NCBI GenBank assembly: GCA_030704615.1
Contig: CM060732.1
Span: 46,810,001-46,874,000 of the forward strand
Length of the DNA: 64,000 nucleotides
DNA from: Takakia lepidozioides
Taxonomy: Eukaryota > Plantae > Bryophyta
Direction of reading: 5' to 3'
The notes under the pieces: generated by a model
Database searches by the model: none
Seen by the model: the letters and a program-made list of their open reading frames with translations, nothing else
Told to the model about the DNA's origin: nothing
Shown: in pieces, positions 51,401 to 63,842 of the stretch
Layout of the letters: each line of letters opens with the position of its first letter
Position numbering within the stretch: position 1 is the first letter of the stretch
Program-made: the position numbers and the translations under genes

Positions 51401-51971
51401 TACTCCACCAACCGTGTGGCCTGTGAAGATGGGCACAAGTCTCACTCATCGAGAGATTGCAATGCTGGAAGAGGCGGGTTTTTCCCTGGCCAGACATTCC
51501 ATTGCACGTGAAGGTGCTTCAAGTGGAAGCGGTTCACGGGTACCTCCGCCTGACGCTCACTTGTGGCCAACCAGACGGAATGGGAAGCTGGTTCGACGAT
51601 TCCCTCCAACCGCAGAACACTACGGCAAAATTGAGTCCGCCAGAATGCTTTACGCTCGTGTTGGGGGAACAATAGAAGTGCCTGATCCAGGGTATGGTCG
51701 GGTCTTCACCATGATCTCATCCGCATCTGCGCTGCAAGACAGGACGTACGACATCACTGTTTCCAATTTTCCCAATTGTACATGTCCTGATTTTGTTGGT
51801 ATGCTTTCAAGTAGTTTGGGAAAGAGAGGGAAGTTCATACCGTGCAAACACCTTTACTTCGTCTTCTTGAGAAGGATGGTTTGTGATCCAAAGCGCGACT
51901 TCTTCATTCACCAAGCTACTATGAGTTACAACGAAGTCAACACACTTCTACAGCGGGATACAACCCCATAA
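48467..51971 (+). CDS. MULE-family DDE transposase with GCM/WRKY-like and SWIM domains, copy B (intron 50494-50588; frameshift near 49090-49115; W-to-stop at 51333)
   Basis: Same motifs as copy A: FDHVKR, FMADSAQANFNAVRIVF, TCLFHW, SCNLAETVHNAW, CTCPDF..PCKHL; same intron position. Confidence 0.9.
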
Positions 51972-52154
51972 AAATCTGTGTTTTCCTTGACAATTGTGTG
52001 TAATGGAATGACTGTTCAAGTCCAGTGTCTCTCAGCATGTTCCATGTCATCTAACATCTTTGCTATTTGTGGGTCAACGCATTTGTCGCATTGGTTTGTC
52101 ATTCTCTTTTAGCAAACACAAGAAACTACCTTCAGATAGACAGATGATCAAATC

Positions 52155-52551
52155 AACCTCGTGTCAACACGAGGTTTACTTGAAGTTCTCCAAATCCCCC
52201 TTGTGTTGACACAAGGTTCATTTTAGTTCTCAGAAAACAACATCGCTGCAACACGAGGTTCATTTTTGTTCCAGGAAAACAACCTCGTGTTAACACAAGG
52301 TTTTGTTGAAGTTCTCCAAATCCCCCTTCTGTCGACACGAAGTTCATTTGACGGGGGAACGAAATGAAGCTCCTGTTAAAAGAAGGTTGAACTCCAGGAA
52401 AGCCCAAAACCCTTCATCCGTTTCACCTTCATGTGGTGAAAACAGCAGTTGGGGGCTCCACGGTTATAGGCCCAGGAAAGCCCAAAACCCTTCATCCGTT
52501 TCACCTTCATGTGAGGAAATCAGCAGTTGTGGTCTCCACGGTTATAGGCCC
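52155..52551. repeat. subterminal palindromes (AACCTCGTGTCAACACGAGGTT type) and a 79-bp tandem duplication with CCACGGTTATAGG motif
   Basis: Palindromes at 52155, 52199, 52281; CCACGGTTATAGG is the revcomp of CCTATAACCGTGG at 2301 in copy A. Confidence 0.75.
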
Positions 52552-53379
52552 ACCTTCTTTGTGGTGACGTCGTATGACCTGGACCAGGCTCACGCCATGT
52601 CAGCAGCGTGAGCGTAGGCTCACGCCACATCATCATTGTGTGAGCGTACGCTCACACGCTCACGCGCCAGGCTCACGCGGTAGCGTCGTTGATGTGAATC
52701 AAATTCCTTGTGAAACTGAGAAAGAAAGATTGTCCAAACGATTCTTTCAGAGGTTCTTGGAATTGCCAGACGGTTGTAAAGAAAACATTCTTAAGAGAGT
52801 GCATGATGCTGACCCTGAATGGGGTCTGGAGAAAGGAGTGATAAAGATTTATCAGGTGGCTTGTAGAGGAAGAGCACGTTGGTTACCAACACTGGTTTAT
52901 GTGATAGCATTGCTATCCATTAAGCGAGTAGAGTTTGAAGGCTGGGAGGAAAGAAAGGTGAATGTTTATACTCATATGCATGAAGAGCTTGTACTGGTAA
53001 AGAATTGGATTCCAAAGGATATCTTGTGGATCAAACTCACACCAAGAACAGCTTTTCAGACTTGTTTACCATATGGGTATATGGTAATGGAGACTTCTAG
53101 TATATCCAGAGGAACATTGAAGCTTGAGAGAAATCCAGGCATATACGAGAGATATTACAGAAGAGAGTTTTGGTTATTGCCACATTAAAAGAAATGAAAG
53201 ACATGGGACATGAGTGATGAAAGAAAGCTAGACTCCAGAGATATTCAGCAAAAAGAGAAAGCTATCTGAAAGCTAATTATCCATATCTTTGGGAGAGAGG
53301 AATAGACATAGGGGAATCATCTGGACCTCTCACACCATTAAGATCAGGGAGTACATCACCCATATCGGAAGAACTAGAG

Positions 53380-56300
53380 TTGGATGCCACTCCTTCTTTT
53401 TCCTTGCAAGAAAGATTAAGGGAATTGGTACGGGAAGAAGATCAATCACGAGGTGAAAGATCTGAGGTACATCCCTGGATAAAAGATTTGATAGAAATCT
53501 TTGATAAGAGTTGGCATGGAACACCAAAAGCAGGAACTCCAGCTTCTGAAGCGGAGGGTGAAAAAGGAGGAGAGAATGTGGCAGAACCAACGGAGAGTTC
53601 AGACTCTCCAACACCATTGCAGTTGAGTTACATGAGTGAAGAAGAAACCCAAGGGCAGAACTTGGAGGATGAAAATAGAGAGAAGAAATTGGAAGAGGAA
53701 GAGTATGAAGAAGTAGACCCAACAGTTGAGGTTGAGACTACAACCAGGACATCCCAACCCGTTGGACCTAGATCAAGTGGAGCACTTGGATCACAGGCCA
53801 ACGAAGGTGTCGGCTCAGGGGGATTAGGCGGGCTGCCTGGATCTGGCTCTGGGGGGACAGGGAGTGTGGGAAGTAGTGCAACTGGAGCTGGGAATACTGT
53901 GAATATCGTGGGGCCAGTAGTAGGGAGTGCTCAGGGGCCACCACTTGGTGGAAGATCCACCACAACAACAACAGGTCCTGAAGGACGAGCACCAGCAAGG
54001 GTGCCAGCACCTGTCAGTGGGCAGAAGGTAGGGCCACAGATGGCGTTACAACCAACACGGGCAAAACCACCTTTTCCAATATATTCAAGAAAAGGGGATC
54101 CCGATGTACACATTAGCCAATTTGAGCACATGTGTATAGTGAACAATGAGAATGGCGATGATGCCAAGATGAGACTGTTTCATTGTTCCCTTATCAAGAA
54201 GGCAAGTGAATGGTATGCAAGATTCCCTAATAATCATTTCCTAACCTGGAATGGCTTGAATACAGCATTCCGAAATAGGTTCAGGACAAGTAAAACTGAG
54301 GATGAAGTGTATGGAAGTTTACAACACTTAAAGCAAAAGAAGCATGAAACTGTTGAGGAGTATATGGAAAAGATGGAATTGATGATGAAAAAGCTGGCTG
54401 CTGTACCAACACCAGGTTTACAGAAGACTTGGTTTGTGAGTGGACTAAGACCAGAGTTGCAGAAGAAAGTGGATATGTTACCCCATAATACAGTGGAGGA
54501 GGCATTTGAAACAGCAAACAGAATTGAGCAATTGGGAATGCTCAGGAGAGAGAAAAGGGATGATGAGGACTCTGAGGATGAGTCAGATGAAGAAGAAGAG
54601 CAAGAACTGAAAAGGAAGAGTAAGAGAAAGGAGAAGTTGAAGAGGGATAACTATGAGAAAAGATTAGAAGAAATCTTGAAGAAGTATGCCACAGAGGCTG
54701 CAACACATTGGAGGAAGGGTGTTTGGTGTGCAAAGTGCCAGAATGAAGGCCATACCACCACTGAATGCCACATGAAGGAGAAACATTGTACTATCTGTAA
54801 GATGGATAACCATTCTACTGAGAATTGTTACTACAACAGAAGGACAGCTGCAAGAGAACCTAGGCAAGTAAGGGTGCATTAAGTGCAACCCCAGCCAAGA
54901 AGAAACAGAGATCAGGACTACTATGGTAGGCCTGGTGGTTATAACAATGGCATGGAAGGGAGAGGTAATTCAAGAGGGAATTACCAAGGAAATTCCAGAG
55001 GCAACTATCAGGGTAATCCAAGGGGGAATTACCAGCCATGGAATCAGGATTACAGAAATAATCCAAGAGCAGACCAAGGGCGAGGACCCAATGGTGAAGA
55101 ATTGTATTACTATTGTAATCAGCCAGGACATCGCAAGGCAGCCTGTTCATTCTGGATTAGACACCAGAATGAGATGAGAGCTCCTGTGAATGAGGGCCCA
55201 GTGATGGCAGCTCACATGGTTAGGCCATGTGTTGTACTAGAAGTAAGTACAATGATAGTAACAAGAAGCAAAGCCAAACTAATACCTCCAGTAGTTGAGG
55301 AAGATGATGATAATGAAGATGGCAGTGATATGCCTGAAGATGATGAGGCTTGGAGAGATGAGAAGGAACTGCACAAGGAAGTGGCGAATACCATAAGGGA
55401 AATGCAGAAGAGTACTGATATTCCTGTGGCAGATTCCTCTGATTCTGATGGAGAAGAAGAAGTGAGTGAGGATGAAAGGAAGAAAGAAGTTGCAGACATG
55501 CAAAGTAATGAAGGGACTTTGGCTGAAGTAATATGCCAGACCAAAGCAGAGATTACCATTGGACAGCTATTGGCTGTGGCACCTTATTGTAGACACAGGC
55601 TGTATCAAGCAATCAATCGAATTGCCCAGGAGATAGGAAACACAGACCTGAACAGCAAGGTGACCAGTTATAATGTGAAGCCGGAAGGGCGAGAAACAGT
55701 CATGGACTTTGATGATTCTATACCAGTATTCCAATAGAGAATTGGAAGCACAGAACTAACTGATGTACTGATAGATGGAGGCTCTGGAGTAAATATCATG
55801 ACAAACCAATTAAGGAAGAAGCTTGGTCTAAGTAACATGAAACCAGCCCCATTTACAGTAACAGTGGCAGATCAAAGAAGTGTACAGCCATTGGGATTGA
55901 TAAGAGGAGTTAAGATACAGATAAAGAAGATAATCTTTATGATCACAGTAACTGTGTTGAAGATGGATGAAGTCATGGAGGCTTATTCCTTATTATTGGG
56001 ACGTCCGTGGCTGAAACATGTCAGGGTATTTCATGACTGGAATTCTCAGTTACTAACTGTGCATAATGGGATGCACGAGATACAAATTACCACTAAGAAA
56101 TCTAGTAGATTACCTGCTACGAGAAGACCTCGAGGGGTCAGAGAGTATGATTGGAGGGGAGGACTGGATGAGGAGCAGGAAGCTACCTTGTTCGCTGCAC
56201 ACCCAGAGTGGGAGCAGGTTGCAGAGATGCGGCTGGAAGGCCTAAGTTGTTTAAGAGGTATCTGTTGTGGTGTAGTATCAGCAACACCAATTGAAGAGGA

Positions 56301-59300
56301 AACCAGCAGTTACCCATCACATTTCTATGAAGAAAGAGAAGGAGAAATGGAAATCCTAGAGGAACCAGCCACTGTGAGTTTACAGGATGAAGTGGTGACT
56401 GGTTGGACAATCATAGCTGATGAGCAGGTGAGGGAAGTGAATGTGGGAACTGAAGAGAAACCGAGGATGGTGAAGGTAGGAGCTGATTTGGAGCCAAAAT
56501 TCTTTGAAGAAGCTAAGAGTTTGTTCATCAAATACAGAGATGTATTTGCTTGGAGCTACGAGGATCTAAAAGGGATACCACCTGAGATCTGTCAACATAA
56601 GATTGAACTGGAACCAGGGTCAGTACCAATCAAGCAGGCAAGGTACAGAATGAATCCCAACTATGCACAGAAGGTTGGAGAAGAGATCAAGAAGTTGGCT
56701 GAGGCTAAGTTATATACCCAATAGAGTATACAACTTGGTTGTCACCCATTGTGATAGTTCCCAAGAAGAATGGTAAACTAAGAGTTTGTGTGAACTATAA
56801 GAAGTTGAATGCTTGCACGAAGAAGGATCCATTCCCCTTGCCATTCACAGAAGCAGTATTGGACACTGTGGCAGGCCATGAGATGTACTCATTCATGGAT
56901 GGCTTCAGTGGTTATAATCAAGTGCAAGTGGCAGAGAAGACCAGGGAAAGACAGCTTTCATCATCAGACTGGGGTGCTTATGCATACAAAGTCATGCCCT
57001 TTGGACTTTGTAATGCACCAGCAACCTTTCAGAGAGTGATAAGTGAATCTTTTCATGAGTATCTGGATGATTTCATGCAGGTGTTCTTGGATGATTTCAG
57101 TGTGTACAACTCTAAGAATGAGCACTTGCATAAATTGGAGTTATGTCTGGCCAGATGAAGGATGAGAGGTCCGGGCCTGAATCCAGAGAAGTGTACTTTC
57201 TGTGTGAACTCAGGGGTGCTTCTGGGACACATTGTGTGTAAGAGGGGACTTCTTGTGGATCCCAGGAAGACAGAGGCCATTAAAGCCTCTCCACCACCAG
57301 TAAATGCTAAGAGTCTAAAGAGATTCCTGGGACAAACCAGTTATTACAGAAGATTTGTCAAAAGGTATGCACAGATAGCAACACCATTGAGCAAGCTTCT
57401 GAAGAAAGATGCAGTGTTTGCATGGACACCTGAATGTCAACAGGCTTTTGAGGAACTTACATTGTCAGTAACAACTACACCTGTGCTGATTAATCCTCAC
57501 TGGCAGGAAATATTTCATGTTCACTGTGATGCTTCAGGAGAAGCACTGGGAGCAGTGTTAGCCCAAAATGTTACAGGAATGATAGATTCACCTGTGTATT
57601 ATGCTAGCCGATTGATGAACAATGCCGAAAGAAATTATAGCACAACGGAAAGAGAAGCATTGGCAATGATCTATGCAGTGAAGAAATTCAGGCATTACCT
57701 GTTGGGCAAGAAGTTTATGTTCTATGTGGATCACCAGGGTAAACAAACCTCTGATAAGCGGAAGAATAACAAGATGGTTGATAATCTTGCACGAGTTTGA
57801 GTTTGAGGTTGTTTACAAGCCTGGGAGGCTGCATCTTGTGGCGGATCACTTGTCACGGTTATCAACAGGAGAACCAGCCACGGGAGTAGATGATCAATTA
57901 CCAGATGCGAGTCTATTTGCAGTGGAGGTGCAGGGAAGTGCAGATGACTGGTTAGATTGGCAGTGGCCAATCAGATACTACCTTGCTCATGGTCAGTGCC
58001 CACCAAGTTATGGAAAGGAGCAGAGAAAGAGAATTGCTATCAAGGCTCTACCTTACACTATGGTAGGGAGCAGAATGTATAAGCTAGGACCAGATGGAGT
58101 GCTGAAGCGATGCTTGTACCACCATGAAGTAAATAAAGTTTTGGAGGAAGTTCATAAATGAGTGGTTGGAGGTCATTTTGGAGAAGAGACTACCAGTAGG
58201 AAGATACTACTGGCAGGTTACTGGTGGCCTACTTTGTTCAAAGATGTACACAAGTATTGTCAGAGTTGTGATGAATGTCAGAGGCTAGGACCTTTGCAGA
58301 GATCTGGGAAGATGGCTTTGCATCCTACAATGCCTACGGAACCATTTCAGAAATGGGGACTAGACTTTGTTGGACCAATTAACCCACCAGCCAAGAATAC
58401 ACAAAACAGGTACATAATTACAGCCACTGATTATACTACGAAGTGGGTGGAAGCTAAAGCTTTGAGGGACAACACAACCAAGTCCACAGCAAGGTTCCTG
58501 TATGAGAACATACTTACACGATTTGGCTGTCCCTTGGAATTTATCAATGATCAGGGAAGTCACTTCATTAATGAGACCATTGAATTATTGACTAAAGAGT
58601 TCATGATTGTGCATAGGAAGAGTACAACATATTACCCACAGGGTAATGGGCAGGCAGAGGCTACCAACAAAATACTATGTACTATCTTGGCTAAGATAGT
58701 CAATGCAAACAGAACGGATTGGGATACAAAGCTGTTGACAGCTTTGTGGTCATACAAGACTTCATATAAAGTCACCACTAAGTATACACCATTCCAATTA
58801 GTTTATGGTATGGAAGCTTTACTTCCAGTAGAGTTTTTGTTACCTACCATGAGAACTGAATGGGGAAGAAGAATGGAATTGGAAGATTCGATTAAGGTCA
58901 GGAAACATGAATTATACCATGTGGAAGAAGTACGAGCTGATGCAGCTGACAACATGACCAGAATTCAGAGGAAAAGGAAGGATCAGTTTGATGAAGGGAA
59001 GTTGAAGACTTTTAAAACAGGAGATTTGGTTTTGTGGTTACAAAAGAAGGGAAAGATTAAAGCTTCTAAGCTTAAATCGCCGGGAAGGGACCTTATGTCA
59101 TACAAAAGATGTATGATAACAACACGGCCATGTTACAAACCATTAACAAAGAGATGCTGGGGAGAGTCAATGCCAATAAGTTGAAGGGGTACAGTGGTAT
59201 CCATGACAAATCATTGAGGCATGATTTGCATATAGAAACAAATGAACAGTCAGGGGCTACCCCAGTAATACCAACGGAACACGAAGTACTTGTCGTAAAA

Positions 59301-59318
59301 CCAATTGTGTTGGTCTGA
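53380..59318 (+). pseudogene. Gypsy gag-pol of element C with stops and frameshifts
   Basis: Gag DPDVHISQFE..ASEWY; CCHC knuckles; protease VLIDGGSGVNIM (55765); RT SPIVIVPKKNGKLRVC..MPFGLCNAPATFQ..FLDDF; RH CDASG..EREALA; INT WGLDFVGP..NDQGSHF..NGQAE. Confidence 0.93.
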
Positions 59319-59339
59319 GCAAAGAACACAGGTGTTCGA

Positions 59340-59545
59340 ACAGCTATCACAGCCCAACACAGGGTCAAACAGCCTATCACAGCCCATCACGGCGCGACAC
59401 AGCCTATCACAGCCCATCACAGTGTCACACAGCCTATCACAACCCATCACAACGTGACACAGCCTATCACAACCTACCACAACGTGTCACAGCCTATCAC
59501 AGCGTACCATAGTATGACACAGCCTGTCACAGCTCAACACAGCTT
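59340..59545 (+). repeat. ~10-bp tandem repeat (CACAGCCTAT-like) downstream of integrase
   Basis: Same CACAGCC core as the LTR array. Confidence 0.8.
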
Positions 59546-60099
59546 ACTGGGGTTACACAGTCCATAGAATCCGTGACAGGTGGACGTGGGTTAACATCCG
59601 GACAGTGGCCGGCGGAAAAGTGGACGGAGGCACGTTTAGAAATGGACACGGGACGCCAGGGCGAGACACACAGCCGGACATGGATTGCAAAGGCGAGTGT
59701 CATCAAGGAAAAAGACAAAATTGGCCGTCAAAGTACCTACCCGACACATTAACTTATTATGGGCCCATTAATGCATACAGGGAAAGGGTAATGGAACCCT
59801 TTAAAAGTACCGAAAAGCGAAATCCATGTCACATGTGCTATCCTAGTGGACAGTCCAGAGTGGAAAATCCATGGAAGGAAATTAAATCTAAAATCCAGTC
59901 ACAGCAGTTACAGCCAATCATAAGCCACAAGCAGGATCAAGAAATTGGAGGGATTTTAAGCGCAAGAGTCGGCGTCGTTCCAAGTAACGGGCGTCTCGAC
60001 GGGACAGACCATCAATGCTATAGCTTTGAAGCTATGGAGGAACTTACAGACTATACGCTCGCGATACTACTTACGCAGTGGCACAGGGATAGAAGAACA

Positions 60100-63000
60100 G
60101 AGAGTATCTTTTCTCTTAATCGATGCTTGCAAGCCCGCAGGCTTACAAGAGATTACCCATAGCATTTTGTGGCAACCATACGTTTATGCTTTGTGCCCTG
60201 CAGGCATTTCTTCAATTGTTACAGCCAAAACCTTTTTGTGGGTCTAGAATGAAGAGAGTGAGAGGAATGGAAGAAATCAGGGTGAAGAGCACCACAATCC
60301 TGCAAAACAAACGATTGCTACTCCACAGGCGGTAGGCGGTATAGATACTGAAGGAGCTGCGATTAGAAGGATTGCAAAGCAAAGATTGGACATTGCACCA
60401 TAGGCAGTACATGTTACAATTCTTGCAGAACTTTGAGCCTAGGACAGGAGCAACAACGGTGAAGGGAGTTGAATTAGAAATTACTCCCCTATACCTACAG
60501 CAATTGTTTGAATTGCCATCAGGTCAGGTGCATGTGGAGGAGCACAGGGCAAGACTGCAAAAAGGGGACTTATTCCAAGAAGGGAGTTTCTTTAAAACTC
60601 AGGGTTATGCTTGTACCAAGGCCGTGTACCCAGGGCTAAGGGAGGTAGGCCAGGTATTGAACGTTCTGTTTGCCATGAAACAGAACCAACAATATTTGAG
60701 GAGATCCTTCACAGAGGAAATACTCAAAGCCCTGAGAGGAGAAGAGGTAGCATGGGCGGACATAATGTACAACGCACTGGTAGAGGAGATGAAGAAGATT
60801 ACAAGGCACTGCCGCAAAGTCTCCTATCATAGTGTCTGGCCCAATCATTGCTCAAATAATTCTTGATTCTTGCATACTTGATGCTCGGGAGAAAGAAAGG
60901 AGATGGGAGTGTTTGAGGCCAAACCACTGCAATGGAAGACAAGGCTCTTCACACAGTGAGGGTGGACTGGCAGGGCAACCCCAGTCTAAGAGACAGAGGC
61001 GGCGGGAAAAAACTGTAGTGGCGGATCCACTGGCTTCACGGAAACCGCATGATAATGCTCTTGTGCAGGAAGGGGCACAGCAGCACAGAGAGCTGATATT
61101 ATTGGAAGCAGGGCCTTCAGAGAGGGAAGAGGAAGTTACTTCAGTATCACAGCCATCAAGCCAGATGATGGCTTGTCACAGAGTTACCACAAGTTGTCCA
61201 TGCAGTTCCACCACAAATAATTGATTTGGAGAAAGAAGGGTTAGATATCCCCACTACAGAACAGGTGGTGGCAGAAATTGAGAAGGGGGACCTTCTCTAT
61301 GAAAATTCTGGTTTGGTCAGGGAAACAGTGATTCCGGAGGTGCAGCGGTTGTCCAAGGGAAACCCTGCGGTGCATATAATACCTACACCTCTGACGGAGG
61401 TACCACAGGTAGAATGTCAAGACACTGCAGCACCTGTAGCGGATGAAGTGGTTCAGGAAGAAAATCTGGTGGGGCAATGGCCTGAATGGTTCGTGAGGCA
61501 TCACACTGTTGAGGATCGGAGAGGGAGAACAGCAGCAAGCTCACCATGCTGACCCTCAACAGGCCATGCTTATGAGTTCATAAGCAGGACACTTAATTTA
61601 TTGGGCACTTATGTCAAATCCCATGTTCCAACTACCAAATTGGCAGCTTTGAGGGAGGAACTCAGGAAGGAGTTTGAGGCTCGACTTGCCACTGAGTGTG
61701 CAAACAAGGTGATGAGGAGGTCACTCTCAAGATACTCAAGACTTAGAGAGTACAAAGCTCTTTGCAATTGGCCAAGGAACAATTGATTGAGGCAGGCCTC
61801 GCGTAAGACCAGTTGCACGAAGCACATAAGCAACAGCTATACCAAATGCAGGTGAAGCATGAAAGCAAGTTGCAAGAAGTGAATGCACTACATACGGAGT
61901 TGCAGACAGTGCATGACAGGATGGCCATACAATGTGCTACACTCACAACTACGCTTGAGCAAACTACATTAGAAGTTAACAGTCAGCGGAAAGATGTACG
62001 AAAGATGTATGAAGGCACAAGGCTGAGAATGTCGAGCAGACGAAACTCATTGTCGATATGAAGAATACAATCTGTCGCAATGAGAATACTTTCAAGCAAT
62101 ACAGGCAGGTTGAAGCTGACCAAGAGAGGTACATCCTGGAATTGCAACAAACGCTCATGTCCAATAAAATGAACTCTCTGTGGCTAACAAGGCTGGAAGG
62201 AAGCCAATAATCTGCTGCTGCTGCATATGCGAGTTTGGTTGAACCTCATGCGAAATGCATGGAGGCTTTACAGCAGCAGATAGATGTGTACAGGCTCACA
62301 GAGGAGCAGACTCTAAGGGGTGCCACAAGCAACACCTTATGCAGGTCTGGTTAGCACAAGGGCCGGTGGAGGGCAAAGCACCACGAAAGCTCACCCAAAG
62401 CGAGATGAATGAGCTCAGACTGCAAGTGTAGAACATTGCCACAACTACTATAGACAATGTCTATAGTAGGATAGCGGAGCTACAAGAGGATGTAGACAGC
62501 CTGCAGACTCAGGTGGAGGACCTGACATCAAATATTGACAAGAGAGTCTTTGTACCTGAGGAGCAGCTGATGGCTTCTTATTTACAAGCCAGAACTTTGG
62601 CTTTTCAGTCTTCTTCGCAAGGGGGTGCAGGAGATGCCAGTGGTACAAGAGCCAGTGCCACCAACACCACAACAAGTCACTGTGACAGTAGCTGACCCTG
62701 TTGTTACTACAGCCACACCACAGCCACCACAGCCTGAGGTATGGGGGGATGCTGCTTTTAACCCACCTAAAACTCATGCTGCACGGGAGTACAGTCGGGC
62801 TATGATTATGCCCTTCAACCAAATTCCCATTGTGTTGGATTTGGCTTGGAAGGAATTTAGTCCTCCGCAGTCGTTGGCACATTACTACCAAATCATGCGC
62901 ATTTGGCTGCCAGTGGCAACTAGGACTAAGGTTCTTCCGAACAATCGACCCATTGAGGATCATCACTTTGCGCAGTACTGGCATGAGGCAAGTACCATGT

Positions 63001-63804
63001 TGAAGGAATTAATTGCCTTCCAAGTTGTACATGGGTTCATTTATACCAAGACCAAGGAGGTAGCAAGTATTGTCATGGGCTGCGGGTTATACTACGCTGC
63101 TTGTTTCTGGCACGTTATCACATTGAGCAGCAGAAAATGCAATCGCGATTTCTGAGTTATTCCAGTGGGGATCATTGGGTCTTACCTTCAGTGCCACCTC
63201 ATATGTACCTATATGAGGCAAAAGTTATGATGCAAAAGGATTCTCCAATTCGTTCATGTTTCATGCGGCCTGGAACAATTTGTCAACACAGAAAGAAATT
63301 CGGGCCTGACGATATTTTCTTTAAGGCCATGAGGCATGGAAATACTTGCACAATTCACAAGTCATTGGTACACCACTCACCTGGACAGACAAGGAGTTCA
63401 GGGTCTTCACCAATTTTGCAATTCAGCGCTTACAACAAGTTTTACAGTTTAAACTTCCAGACATGGTGGGACAACATTGTATGCCCCAGAGGATTCCACA
63501 AAAAGTTCGGCCGTTAAAACACCTGAGAGGGATGAGGATTCTGATACTAACTGTTTCTTCAGCGGACTCTTTTGACATGGCAGAGGACTATGCAATTCAG
63601 ATGGCAGAGAAGAAGCGACGGGGGTCTCCTATGCCTGAAAGATTACCTCGATATCAGCCTCCAGAGGGACTGTCATATCCAGGTAGTGTTCAATCATCTC
63701 CTCAACCAGTGACAAGACCACGGGCTCGCACACAGAGTCCTTCACGAGACTCTCAACGTCAGAAGGGTGCTCGCTCACAAAGGTTTACAAATCCCAAACA
63801 GTAA
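60100..63804 (+). pseudogene. additional fragmented sense ORF(s) between pol and 3' LTR of element C
   Basis: Chain of overlapping + strand ORFs (60372-60866, 61226-62061 coiled-coil-like, 62625-63804); family not identified. Confidence 0.5.
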
Positions 63805-63825
63805 ACCGTGAGGACACGGCTTTTT

Positions 63826-63839
63826 GAAAGGAGGAGGGG
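63826..63839 (+). promoter_or_regulatory. polypurine tract of element C
   Basis: GAAAGGAGGAGGGG 3 nt before TGTTAG. Confidence 0.85.
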
Positions 63840-63842
63840 TAA

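Larger units (their letters stand above)
30379..52689. mobile_element. Mutator-like DNA transposon copy B (about 11 kb net, plus nested Gypsy D), inserted in Gypsy C
   Basis: TSD TGATGTGAATC at 30368-30378 and 52690-52700; GCGTGAGC/GCTCACGC subterminal inverted motifs; ends GCGTCGT like copy A. Confidence 0.92.
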
